From an uncultured Victivallaceae bacterium (GTDB lineage: Bacteria > Verrucomicrobiota > Lentisphaeria > Victivallales > Victivallaceae): a DNA stretch of 64,000 nt. The stretch lies in contig CAYMSF010000019.1 in the NCBI GenBank assembly GCA_964392985.1, positions 1,160 to 65,159 on the forward strand, read 5' to 3'. A program made the translations under genes and the position numbers. Shown here in pieces: positions 1 through 9,233 of the stretch; within the stretch, counting starts at the first letter, position 1; each line of letters opens with the position of its first letter. A model generated the notes under the pieces. It did not search any database. It was given only the letters and a program-made list of their open reading frames with translations, and was not told where the DNA came from.

Positions 1-493
1 CTGTTTGTTCCAGATTAGGCTGGCTGTATCAAAACCGCTTTGCAAGTCACATGGACCCAGCGGGGTTTCTGTTCCCAATTCTTTCAAAACCAGTTGTCCA
101 AGTTCAAATACCCGTTGCAGGCATTCTGTTTTCCAGATATCCGGCACTTCAAGTTGGTCAGCCTCATCCGCGCTGTTGACCAGCGGCAAAGCGCATGGCT
201 TACTGTCCTTGAAAGAGTGCACTTCGCAACCAAATGCTTTCGCAAAGAGATGGGTTCCGGTGAGAAGCGACGCCAATGGCACACTGTCATCATGCAATGT
301 TTCCAGAGATTCCACCCTGCGCCGGTAATTTTCAACAACGAATGGCACCCACTCTTTTACGGGTTTGTCTGATACGGTATAATCATCAAACATTTGCGGT
401 ATTGGCGGATGGCAGATAAAACCATGACGGTCAGCCTTGCCGGAAAGAATAGCGCGGGTAAATGCTTTGTTCTTTTCAATTAGAGAATTCATT
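1..493 (-). CDS. uroporphyrinogen decarboxylase (URO-D)/MtaA-like family protein, C-terminal part cut off by window edge
   Basis: Absent from the ORF track because it runs off the window. My minus-strand translation from ATG 493-491 reads MNSLIEKNKAFTRAILSGKADRHGFICHPPIPQMFDDYTVSDKPVKEWVPFVVENYRRRVESLETLHDDSVPLASLLTGTHLFAKAFGCEVH... and stays open to position 1. It is divergent from the AraC gene. The family assignment is by N-terminal resemblance only. Confidence 0.5.
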
Positions 494-568
494 TAATATA
501 TTCCTTCGTTGTATTTATCCAGTTTACAGGGTATAATATATTGATAAAGAGCATTATAATCCTTGATT

Positions 569-599
569 ATATTATCAACAATTAGCACAATATTATCAA
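569..599 (+). promoter_or_regulatory. candidate AraC-type tandem half-sites (ATATTATCAA x2, 21-bp period)
   Basis: Exact 10-mer ATATTATCAA at 569-578 and 590-599, immediately upstream of the AraC ATG (601). An inverted TTGATAA lies at 541-547. Confidence 0.3.
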
Positions 600-600
600 A

Positions 601-1464
601 ATGAGTGATATCTATAAATATGCTTCCGGCCCGGAGGATGTTATTATCAAGAAGGGCGTTATGACGCGGGAATCTTTTCCTCTGCATTGCCATGATTTCT
701 GCGAAATTGCGATTATACAAAGCGGGCGGGGCGTATATACTGACAATTACGGAGAACGGCCCCTGCTGCCGGGGGATGTGTTTATTCTTCGCAAGCCGGA
801 ATTTCATGGTTTCAGCAAGTTGGAGCGGATGCATATCGTCAATATTTGCTTTGTGCCGGAACGGTTATCGCTGCCTTACGATGAACTGAGAAAAATAAGC
901 GGTTACAACGTGCTTTTTGAAATAGAACCGTTATTTCGCGGGGGGTTAAGTCGTGCCAGTTTGAATTTATCCCCGGAAGAGTTGCATAAACTAAACGATT
1001 ATGTTAAAATAATTGAACAGGAGCAGGAGCAGCAAAAACCTGGGTACCGCATTAAATTGAAATCATTATTGCTGGATGTGATTATATTGCTGTCCCGGAT
1101 ATATTCTTCCGAAACGGACAGCAAAGGGACATATTGCAGTCATTTACTCGGCGAAACCATTGCCTACATAAAAATTCATTACCGTGAAAAGCATACCCTG
1201 GACTCACTTTCACGCCGTGCCGGCATGTCCAAACCGCATTTTATCCGGATGTTCAAAAAAATTACCGGACTGCCACCGGTTGATTATATTAACCAGACGA
1301 GAATTGACCAGGCATGTAAATTGTTAGGCAGAGATGAATACAGTATTGCCCGGGTAGCGACTGAATCCGGTTTCCCTGACAGCAACTATTTCAGTCGCAC
1401 TTTCAAAAAACATCTTGGAATGTCGCCGCGTCAATATGTCAATTCCTATCTGAAGCCCGGTTAA
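601..1464 (+). CDS. AraC family transcriptional regulator (cupin sensor + HTH)
   Basis: N-terminal cupin-like HCHDFCEI. C-terminal AraC HTH: LDSLSRRAGMSKPHFIRMFKKITGLPPVDYINQTRIDQACKLL...SGFPDSNYFSRTFKKHLGMSPRQY. Confidence 0.9.
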   Translation: MSDIYKYASGPEDVIIKKGVMTRESFPLHCHDFCEIAIIQSGRGVYTDNYGERPLLPGDVFILRKPEFHGFSKLERMHIVNICFVPERLSLPYDELRKISGYNVLFEIEPLFRGGLSRASLNLSPEELHKLNDYVKIIEQEQEQQKPGYRIKLKSLLLDVIILLSRIYSSETDSKGTYCSHLLGETIAYIKIHYREKHTLDSLSRRAGMSKPHFIRMFKKITGLPPVDYINQTRIDQACKLLGRDEYSIARVATESGFPDSNYFSRTFKKHLGMSPRQYVNSYLKPG

Positions 1465-1486
1465 CGCTTTACAAAACAGTATCAGT

Positions 1487-2749
1487 CTAGCGCAAAACTC
1501 TGGCATAAAGACATTTAAGGTAATGAGATTCCTTGAATTTAGCCGGGTGGTCAACGGCGTGATCAGTGCGTTGCAACTCCTCAAGCGGTTTGCCGGCGGA
1601 TGACGCGGTTTGGTGTACAACATCAAAAAGTTCGTCAGCATTAACCCGGCTGGAGCATGAAGCGAAAACAAGTGTGCCATTTTTCCGGATAAGCTTTACT
1701 GCGGCCTGAGCCAGACGGGCGTAAGATTTCATCGCCGTCATATTTTCCGCCACGGATTTAGCAAATGACGGAGGATCGACGACGACAATGTCGAATATTT
1801 TTTTCTCTTTTTCAAGCTTTTCCATTACCGCAAAGGCGTCGCCGGAAATTCCAATGTGCCGGCACGAGACGATATTAATATCTTTGCTGTTCAGCGTAAA
1901 ATTATGATTGGCGGCAGCGATGGCGTGTTTGTTGATATCAACACTGTAAACTTCTTTCGCGCCAGTCCGCGCAGCATAGAGTGAAAATCCTCCGGAATAC
2001 GAAAATAAATTAAGGAATCTTTCACATCCTTTAGATAACTCGCCAACCCTGGCGCGATTATCGCGCTGATCAAGAAAAAATCCGGTTTTCTGTCCGGATT
2101 TCACATCAGCCTCAAAAATTATTCCATTTTCCAAAAACTGTACGGTCCCGTCCCAATCCGGAGAATCTGAAGTAAACAGGGTGCCGTCAACCAACCCGCG
2201 TCTTATTTCTTCCGGCATGCGTTGGATTTCCCGTGAAAAACGCACCGCCAACCGCCGGAGTTCAGGATAAAGTTCAAAAATAGTGTCGGCAATATCACCA
2301 AGCCAGGGAATAAATGCCGGAGTGTAAACTTTCAGCACTAACACGTCGGCATACTTGTCGGCGACCAGACCGGGGAAAGCGTCTGACTCACCGTTTAATA
2401 ATCGCCATGCGGTGATGCCGGGAGGAATTTTTCCTTCCCGCAGTATTTTAGCTTCACGGCATAGTTGTCGAAAAAGATCTGTTCCAACTGGAATTTTTGA
2501 AGCGCCAAATGAAAGAATCTTCACTCTTACCGGCGAATACGGATCGTATAGCCCGGCGCCGAGAACGGACTTATTGTCATCGAAAACAACCGCAATCTCT
2601 CCCGAAGCGCCGTCGCGGGAAATTTTTCCAATCGAATCTTCAAACAGCCAGGGGTGTCCCCGACGCAAAGCCTGCGCGCCTTTAGTCTTAACTTTGACGG
2701 CAATTCTGTGCAATGAATCACCCCGTGGTAAATTATGCGGCAATATCAT
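1487..2749 (-). CDS. rlmI: class I SAM-dependent 23S rRNA (cytosine-C5) methyltransferase, RlmI-like (PUA + MTase)
   Basis: RGHPWLFEDSI PUA-type N-terminus, FLDQRDNR, NLFSYSGGFSLYA, VVVDPPSFAK SAM-MTase motifs. The 420-aa length matches RlmI. Confidence 0.8.
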   Translation of the reverse strand: MILPHNLPRGDSLHRIAVKVKTKGAQALRRGHPWLFEDSIGKISRDGASGEIAVVFDDNKSVLGAGLYDPYSPVRVKILSFGASKIPVGTDLFRQLCREAKILREGKIPPGITAWRLLNGESDAFPGLVADKYADVLVLKVYTPAFIPWLGDIADTIFELYPELRRLAVRFSREIQRMPEEIRRGLVDGTLFTSDSPDWDGTVQFLENGIIFEADVKSGQKTGFFLDQRDNRARVGELSKGCERFLNLFSYSGGFSLYAARTGAKEVYSVDINKHAIAAANHNFTLNSKDINIVSCRHIGISGDAFAVMEKLEKEKKIFDIVVVDPPSFAKSVAENMTAMKSYARLAQAAVKLIRKNGTLVFASCSSRVNADELFDVVHQTASSAGKPLEELQRTDHAVDHPAKFKESHYLKCLYARVLR

Positions 2750-2847
2750 TCCAGTCCTGTAGATAGCGATGTTATGGTGTGTTGCATTTCGACAGGGTAC
2801 AATCCGTGCGGTTGGCGCTCAAGGTTTGTTGTCGCGCTTTGCCGGGA

Positions 2848-4044
2848 TTATTTTACAGCATCGTCAGGCTCAATGGCCGTAACAAATTCCGGACCATAGC
2901 CACCAGTTTCCAGCTTAACAATTTCTTTGATAAAGATAGTTTTGATGGCATTACGTTCAGAGTTGATGCTAATATTTCCGGTTACGCCAGGGTAATTACT
3001 GATTTTATAAAGCCCTTTGCGGATATCGGAATCGAATACGCTGTTTTTGACGGCTTCGGCGATAATTCCGACGGTATCATAGCCCTGAGCTTGACACAAC
3101 GTTGGTTCAAGTCTTGTTTGCTGCTTAATTATGGCGAGAAATTTGCGAGTCTGTGGAGTGTCGTAACTTACGGCAAACATTGTACTGTAAAAACATTTTC
3201 CCGGCAAAGGCGAAATTTGTTCCAGGACAGACTTTTCATCCCAGCCGTCGCCACCGAAAATACAACCGCGGTAGCCAAGTTCGCGGGCTTCCTTGATCAT
3301 TGTAGCAGTCTCTTCCTGATATGCCGGAATGAAAATACCGTCAACGCCGGCATCCATAATTTTTTGTAATTGCGGAATAAATGTTTTAGCGTTGCGGTTA
3401 TAACCTTCTTTGGCAACGACTTTGCCACCGTTTTCAGCGATTGAATCGCAGGTGGCTTTGCCGAGGTCACGGCTGTAGGTGCCGTCCTCATCCATATTCA
3501 GCATCACGCCGATTTTCGTCAACTTTTTATGTTTGACGGCGTAATGTCCGAGAATCTTGCCCTGATAGGAATCAGAGAAACAACTGCGGAAAACATATTC
3601 GTTACGCTCTGTAATCAAATCATTCGTAGCCGTTGGCGCTACCACGGTGATCTTATACTTTTCCGCGTCGGCCTTCAACGATAACGTTGATGCGGTGGAA
3701 TAGGCTCCGATAACGATATAAATCTTGCTGTCGGCCATTTTTCGCATGGCAACAGCGGTCTTATTGGCCTTGCTTTCGTTGTCCAGCAAGGTCAGTTTCA
3801 GCTTTCTGCCTTCGATTCCGCCGGCCTTGTTGATTTCATCAATCTTAAGGTTAATACCATAGAGCAACTCTTTGCCGTAGCTTTTAAACTCTCCGCTCAT
3901 TGGCAGGATTGCGCCGATATTTACAGCTTTAGGTTCCGTTAGCGACGGCAATGTCTTTGGTGGCGGTAGAACGGTGCAGCCGCAGATAAATATTAATAAT
4001 GCAGAAAGCGACTGTAAATAGAACAAAAATTTCAATGACTTCAT
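2848..4044 (-). CDS. ABC transporter substrate-binding lipoprotein, LivK/branched-chain amino acid-binding family (orphan)
   Basis: Start moved to ATG 4044 (MKSLKFLFYLQSLSALLIFICGC, a lipobox), which is preceded by GGAG. IGAILPMSGEFKSYGKE...INKAGGIEGRKLKL is typical of the type-I periplasmic binding fold. No permease or ATPase genes are adjacent. Confidence 0.8.
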   Translation of the reverse strand: MKSLKFLFYLQSLSALLIFICGCTVLPPPKTLPSLTEPKAVNIGAILPMSGEFKSYGKELLYGINLKIDEINKAGGIEGRKLKLTLLDNESKANKTAVAMRKMADSKIYIVIGAYSTASTLSLKADAEKYKITVVAPTATNDLITERNEYVFRSCFSDSYQGKILGHYAVKHKKLTKIGVMLNMDEDGTYSRDLGKATCDSIAENGGKVVAKEGYNRNAKTFIPQLQKIMDAGVDGIFIPAYQEETATMIKEARELGYRGCIFGGDGWDEKSVLEQISPLPGKCFYSTMFAVSYDTPQTRKFLAIIKQQTRLEPTLCQAQGYDTVGIIAEAVKNSVFDSDIRKGLYKISNYPGVTGNISINSERNAIKTIFIKEIVKLETGGYGPEFVTAIEPDDAVK

Positions 4045-4215
4045 GTTTCGTCTCCTTGGAAAAACCGTTATTGATTTCATTGCATACATCGCAGTCTTAC
4101 AGCTTCTTGCGTTTTTAACATAACAATATAACAATATCACATCTTTATAACAATTACAAAAAACACCGGTAATAATGCAAAAAATTTTTTTGTCAGGATA
4201 GAAAACAGTTGAAAT

Positions 4216-5514
4216 TTACAAATCACGACTGACGCGCATTGAACAAAAATCCGGACCGCACATGGTACAGAAATGGTCACCCTTGTGTTCCGTATCTTTA
4301 TCCTGATTCATTTCCGCCATGGCCTGGTTGCGGAATTCTCTGGCCCGTTCCGGGTCAAGCGCCAGTTCAAACTGTTTTTCCCAGTCAAAATCTGCTCTGG
4401 CACGGCTGATGGCGTCATCACGATCGCGGGCTCCGGGAAGTTTTCTGGCGACATCGGCGGCGTGGGCCGCGATTTTATAGGCGATTACACCATTTCTGAC
4501 ATCTTCACTGTTCGGTAAACCGAGATGTTCCTTGGGGGTTACATAGCAAAGCATGGCAGCGCCATAGAAAGCGCCCATAGTCGCGCCGATGGCGCTGGTA
4601 ATGTGGTCATAGCCCGGGGCACAATCAATAACTACCGGACCGAGAATGTAAAATGGGGCTCCAGCGCAAATTTCATCTTCTTTCTTCATATTCATTTCAA
4701 TTTGATCAAATGGGACGTGTCCCGGGCCTTCAACCATTGCCTGCACTCCGGCGTTACGACAACGGGCAACCAGTTCTCCCAAAACGGCAAGTTCGGCAAA
4801 TTGGGCTTCATCAGACGCGTCGGCGAGGCAACCGGGCCTTAGTCCGTCGCCAAGAGACAACGTAACGTCATATTGGGCGCAAATTTCCAGTATGCTGTCA
4901 AAATTAGTATAAAAAGGGTTTTCCTGTTGATGTTCCTGCATCCATTTGGCGAGAATGGCGCCGCCGCGACTGACAATTCTCAGCATTCTTTTCTTTGCCA
5001 TTGGAATATGACTGCGGAGTAAACCGGCGTGAATAGTCATATAGTCAACGCCTTGCTCCGCCTGCTCCCGGATTACTTCCAGAATCAACTCCCCGGAAAG
5101 TTTATTGGCGCCGCCAACTTTGGCGAGAGCTTCATAGACTGGCACTGTGCCGATTGGAACGGTGCTGTTGGCAATAATCGTCTGACGGATATTGACAATA
5201 TTGGCGCCGGTACTTAAATCCATTACGGTATCAGCGCCATACTTCAAAGCGGCGTGTAATTTTTCCAATTCCTGTTTCGGGCAGCTCGAAAGAGACGAAT
5301 TGCCGATATTGGCGTTGATTTTAGTGCAGAGTGATTTGCCGATGCCGATGGGACTTAAAGATGAATGACGAATATTTGCCGGAATGACAATTGTGCCGGC
5401 GGCAACCTCTGCCCGGATTGATTCAGGGGTACGCTTTTCTTTATCTGCCACGGTTAGCATTGCCGTCGTAATCTCTCCGGCTTTAGCCCGGGCGGATTGA
5501 GTGATATTATTCAC
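4216..5514 (-). CDS. thiC: phosphomethylpyrimidine synthase ThiC (short, anaerobe-type)
   Basis: Full-length ThiC signature ending in [12 protein letters not shown] (radical-SAM-like C-terminal cluster). The GTG start overlaps the waaA stop as GTGA. Confidence 0.95.
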   Translation of the reverse strand: MNNITQSARAKAGEITTAMLTVADKEKRTPESIRAEVAAGTIVIPANIRHSSLSPIGIGKSLCTKINANIGNSSLSSCPKQELEKLHAALKYGADTVMDLSTGANIVNIRQTIIANSTVPIGTVPVYEALAKVGGANKLSGELILEVIREQAEQGVDYMTIHAGLLRSHIPMAKKRMLRIVSRGGAILAKWMQEHQQENPFYTNFDSILEICAQYDVTLSLGDGLRPGCLADASDEAQFAELAVLGELVARCRNAGVQAMVEGPGHVPFDQIEMNMKKEDEICAGAPFYILGPVVIDCAPGYDHITSAIGATMGAFYGAAMLCYVTPKEHLGLPNSEDVRNGVIAYKIAAHAADVARKLPGARDRDDAISRARADFDWEKQFELALDPERAREFRNQAMAEMNQDKDTEHKGDHFCTMCGPDFCSMRVSRDL

Positions 5515-6782
5515 AATAATTTCTCCAGTGAGTTGATGGTTTGAATTACTGCGCCGCGATGTTCGGTAATGGCCGCGAAGGCATTGGCGCCAAGTCTTTG
5601 TTGTTGTTCAGGGTCATTAAATAATGTACGAATTGCTGGCGCCAAGTCATCATCATTTTCAACCGTCAACAACGCCTGATGTTTTGTCAGCGTATCCATG
5701 ACAAAACGAAAATTTTTCAGAGTTGCCCCGGTGATAATGGGTTTGGCGAGCAAGGCCGGTTCTATCAAATTATGTCCTTCATCGTGTCCGGCAAGGCTTT
5801 TGCCCATAATGACGGCATCAGATTGACGGATGAATGAGAGCATTTCGCCAGTAGTATCGGCAAGCAGGCAATCCGCATTTTCCGGGTTTGCCGCTGCTGT
5901 CCGGCGCGCAAAGGTAATGTCCACTCTTTTCAACATGGCGGCAATTTCCTGACCGCGTTCGGCGTGTCGCGGAATAATCACCAGCTTCACGTCACGGTGT
6001 TCCTTGCGCAACTTCAGCCAGGCACCGGCAATTAATTCCTCTTCGCCCGGATGCGTACTCGCCGCCAGCAAAACGCGGAATGGCGTACTGCCAAAATAGC
6101 GGCAAAGGTCAATCTCCGGCAGGTTTTCCGGGATAGGCTGGTCAAATTTCATATTTCCGCAGACGGTCAACGGGGCATCCGGCGCGACTTTGCAGTAGCG
6201 TTGCCGGTCAAGTTCAGTCTGAACACAGATGAGATTGAATTTTTCCAGTAACGGACGGAAGAAAATGCGGAAACGGTAATAACCGCGGGATGATTTATCC
6301 GACATTCTGGCATTTACGAGCGCCAACTTTGCTCCGCGTCTTACGGCTTCGCTGATCATTTCCGGCCAGATTTCCGTTTCCAGAATTACCAGCATCGAGG
6401 GTTTTAATAAAGAAAAGACCCGGCGGACTATAAAGATCAGGTCAATCGGGGAAAAAAATACGACAACATTTTCCGGCGCTTTTTCCATTGCCAGCGCCTG
6501 ACCGGTAGTTGTGGTCGTGGACAAAACAAATTTGCGTTCAGGGTGAAGTTCCTGCCATTTTTTCAGCAGAGACAGTGCCACCATCGTTTCGCCGACACTG
6601 ACCGCATGAATCCATACTGCGCCGTGAGAAGAACGTAACGCTTCACGTTTCTCCTTGGAAAATATTGCGAAGCGTTCAGCAAATGTCCGTTTCTGTCCCG
6701 GGCGCCGGATAAGTTTAATGACAATGCCGGGAATAAACAGCAGAAATATCAGCGGAAACAGTAAATTATAAAACAACAGCAT
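5511..6782 (-). CDS. waaA: 3-deoxy-D-manno-octulosonic acid (Kdo) transferase
   Basis: N-terminal TM segment, [10 protein letters not shown] motif, GT30 layout, 423 aa. Confidence 0.9.
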   Translation of the reverse strand: MLLFYNLLFPLIFLLFIPGIVIKLIRRPGQKRTFAERFAIFSKEKREALRSSHGAVWIHAVSVGETMVALSLLKKWQELHPERKFVLSTTTTTGQALAMEKAPENVVVFFSPIDLIFIVRRVFSLLKPSMLVILETEIWPEMISEAVRRGAKLALVNARMSDKSSRGYYRFRIFFRPLLEKFNLICVQTELDRQRYCKVAPDAPLTVCGNMKFDQPIPENLPEIDLCRYFGSTPFRVLLAASTHPGEEELIAGAWLKLRKEHRDVKLVIIPRHAERGQEIAAMLKRVDITFARRTAAANPENADCLLADTTGEMLSFIRQSDAVIMGKSLAGHDEGHNLIEPALLAKPIITGATLKNFRFVMDTLTKHQALLTVENDDDLAPAIRTLFNDPEQQQRLGANAFAAITEHRGAVIQTINSLEKLL

Positions 6783-6810
6783 TCTTTTTCTCTTATTTTG
6801 TCGCGACGGG

Positions 6811-8658
6811 CTATTCTACTGTAACACTTTTTGCCAGATTGCGCGGCTGGTCTATTTCACAACCGCGTTCGCGGGCAATATAGTATGAAAGCAACTGCAG
6901 CGCGACAACTGTCGGCAGTGGCGCCGTAAACTGTGAACACGGTGGCAGCCAGATGATATCTTCGGCGACATCTTTGACTTCTTTATCGCCTTCTGTCGCG
7001 GTGATGATGACGGGTGAATGTCTGGCATGACATTCTTGAATATTGCCGAGAATTTTATCTTTGCCGGGGATATCATTCGCGAGCGCAAGTACAGGAACTT
7101 TAGCTTCCAGCAGGGCAATCGGTCCATGTTTCAGTTCGGCGGCGTGATAACCTTCGGCATGAATGTAACTGATTTCTTTGAGTTTTAACGCTCCTTCCAG
7201 GGCGACCGGATAGAGGCAACCGCGTCCGATGAAGAAAAAGTCTTCGGCGCGAGCATATTTTTTTGCAATATTTTCAATTTCGCTTTTACGCTCCAGAACT
7301 TGACGAATTAAATCAGGAATTCTGTTAACATCATCAATAATCCTCAATCCATCCTCACGGGACAGTCTGCGGTTACGGCCGAATAACAGCGCCATCATCA
7401 ATAATACAGTTACCTGACAGGTGAAAGCCTTTGTTGATGCAACGCCGATTTCCGGACCGGCGTGAAGGTAAATACCGCGCCCGGCTTCACGGGCAATCGT
7501 AGAACCGACAACATTGCATATTGACACAACCGTAGCACCTTTTGTCGCAGCCTCGCGTACTGCCGCAAGTGTATCGGCAGTTTCTCCTGACTGGCTGATC
7601 GGTATCACCAGTGAATTCGGTTCAATAATCGGATTCCGGTAGCGGAATTCCGCCGCCTGTTCAATCTCCACCGGTATTCCGGCAAGCTCTTCAAAGAAAT
7701 AACGTCCGACCATTCCGGCATGCATGCTGGTGCCGCAGGCGGCGATAATTATCCTGCTGACCTGCGCCAGATCTTTTGATGTCATATTTAAACCAGAGAA
7801 TACTGAGGTGACAGTATTCCGGTCCAGACGGCCGCGAATAGAATTGCTGACGGCATCGGGTTGTTCGCAAATTTCCTTCAGCATAAAATGTTCGTAGCCA
7901 CTTTTTTCTGCTGCTTCCGGGGACCAGTCAATATTGGCAATTTCGCGGGCGACGGGAATATTTTCAATATTTCTTATATCAATATCAGTGGCGGTAATTC
8001 TGGCCACGTCATGATCGTTGAGGTAAATCACCCGGCGGGTATATGCCGCCAGGGCGGCGATGTCACTGGCAACGAAGGTTTCATTTTCGCCGACACCGAT
8101 AACCAGCGGGCTGCCTTGGCGGGCGACAATAATTGTTCCAGGAGCGTCTTCGGCAATGACAGCCAGACCGTAAGTGCCCTTGACTCGCTTTAAGGCCGCC
8201 GCGACAGCGCTGAACAGATCACCTTCGTAGCACTCGGAAATCAGATGTGCCAGCACTTCGGTATCGGTTTCAGAAACAAATTTGCGTCCTTTTTCCTGCA
8301 GATGGGCACGTAAGCTGGCATAATTCTCAATGATGCCGTTATGGACTATGGCAAAACGACCGGAATCATCACAATGCGGATGAGCATTCGGTACCGTCGG
8401 CGGTCCGTGTGTCGCCCAACGGGTATGGGCAATGCCGACTGTCGCAGTCGTTGCAAGTTCAGGTCCCAATTCCTGGACGATTTTGATTTCCAGCTCTTTA
8501 CTGACTTTGCCGATGGCCTTGATAACTTTTATTGCTGGTTGCTCAAGCAAGGCGATACCTGCCGAGTCGTAACCACGGTATTCCAATCGCTTTAATCCGT
8601 CAACAAGAGTTCTTACCAGATTGCGTTTACTGCCAGCATAACCTACTATTCCACACAT
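6811..8658 (-). CDS. glmS: glutamine--fructose-6-phosphate aminotransferase (isomerizing)
   Basis: MCGIVGY Ntn start at 8658 with AGGAG upstream (the track ORF extends to 8721). Two SIS domains. C-terminal ...NLAKSVTVE. Confidence 0.95.
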   Translation of the reverse strand: MCGIVGYAGSKRNLVRTLVDGLKRLEYRGYDSAGIALLEQPAIKVIKAIGKVSKELEIKIVQELGPELATTATVGIAHTRWATHGPPTVPNAHPHCDDSGRFAIVHNGIIENYASLRAHLQEKGRKFVSETDTEVLAHLISECYEGDLFSAVAAALKRVKGTYGLAVIAEDAPGTIIVARQGSPLVIGVGENETFVASDIAALAAYTRRVIYLNDHDVARITATDIDIRNIENIPVAREIANIDWSPEAAEKSGYEHFMLKEICEQPDAVSNSIRGRLDRNTVTSVFSGLNMTSKDLAQVSRIIIAACGTSMHAGMVGRYFFEELAGIPVEIEQAAEFRYRNPIIEPNSLVIPISQSGETADTLAAVREAATKGATVVSICNVVGSTIAREAGRGIYLHAGPEIGVASTKAFTCQVTVLLMMALLFGRNRRLSREDGLRIIDDVNRIPDLIRQVLERKSEIENIAKKYARAEDFFFIGRGCLYPVALEGALKLKEISYIHAEGYHAAELKHGPIALLEAKVPVLALANDIPGKDKILGNIQECHARHSPVIITATEGDKEVKDVAEDIIWLPPCSQFTAPLPTVVALQLLSYYIARERGCEIDQPRNLAKSVTVE

Positions 8659-8845
8659 TTTAAGGCTCCTTGAAATTAAAAAAAGCTCTCTAAATGTAAT
8701 GCCTGAAACCTCTTTTAGCAAGAGCTTCAGCTAAAATCCGGGCATATTTTCTCAATATACAGCCAGGCAAAGTTCTATATTTTAAAAGCGCGTATTGTTT
8801 AGACTTGATAACTTTTATGTTCCCTTTTGGCATATTCAATTATTG

Positions 8846-8891
8846 TTGACAAAATTGTAACGACACATTGTCGCATTGACAAAAATGTAAC
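8846..8891 (+). promoter_or_regulatory. pair of 16-mer direct repeats, candidate upstream activator sequence for a sigma-54 activator
   Basis: TTGACAAAATTGTAAC (8846-8861) and TTGACAAAAATGTAAC (8876-8891), with palindrome CGACAcatTGTCG (8861-8873) between them. They lie 90-135 bp upstream of the sigma-54 promoter at 8981. A near-identical motif pair occurs upstream of the EBP gene at 35582-35637. Confidence 0.35.
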
Positions 8892-8980
8892 AATAGAGAA
8901 AGGTAAACTGCATGATTAATGAAGCCACAAAAAACATAAAATGCTTATGATTAATTATTTACATATATTAATACAATAGT

Positions 8981-8996
8981 TGGCATTGTAATTGCT
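8981..8996 (+). promoter_or_regulatory. sigma-54 (RpoN) -24/-12 promoter
   Basis: TGGCAT-TGTAA-TTGCT, with GG (8982-8983) and GC (8994-8995) separated by exactly 10 nt. This matches TGGCAC-N5-TTGCW at all key positions. It is oriented toward the secretin-like genes. Confidence 0.55.
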
Positions 8997-9054
8997 TAAA
9001 AGGTTTTGTCTTCAGTGAATTTGTCAACGGAACCAATTTAAAGTGAGGTATACT

Positions 9055-9164
9055 ATGCGACAACAACAAAACAGTTTAATGTAAGGTGCGGAATGCCGGA
9101 GATCACCCCCTTTCCCGGCATTCCGACAACCCTTACAAGAGCGGGAATCCCGGCATCGGGATTC
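9055..9164 (+). promoter_or_regulatory. structured 5' leader: mini-ORF plus two hairpins with alternative pairing
   Basis: GAGG-N7-ATG mini-ORF MRQQQNSLM* (9055-9084). Hairpin GTAAGG..GGAATGCCGG(9090-9099)/CCGGCATTCC(9115-9124)..CCTTAC(9131-9136). Second hairpin GAATCCC(9145-9151)/GGGATTC(9158-9164), whose loop region CCGGCAT could pair with the first 5' arm instead. Confidence 0.3.
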
Positions 9165-9233
9165 AGAATGTAGTTATATGATAATTAAGTTTTAAGTAGT
9201 TGAAACCAAATAAATAAGTTAAAAAAGGAAAAG

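Noticed and set aside
5-372. Plus-strand track ORFs 5-328 and 40-372 at the window start
   Set aside because: The minus strand across 1-493 gives a continuous, protein-like URO-D-type sequence with a proper ATG divergent from the AraC gene. The plus-strand ORFs are Ser/Cys/Arg-rich shadow frames.
8659-8845. Possible glmS ribozyme, or an attenuator upstream of glmS
   Set aside because: I could not find the conserved glmS ribozyme core. I saw only a weak AGCTCT/AGAGCT stem with a loop of about 32 nt and an adjacent T-run. That is too weak to call without a covariance-model search.
8840-8900. NifA-type UAS (TGT-N10-ACA) for the NifA-like EBP
   Set aside because: I checked each TGT in the region and none is followed by ACA after 10 nt. 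The repeated 16-mers are a different motif.
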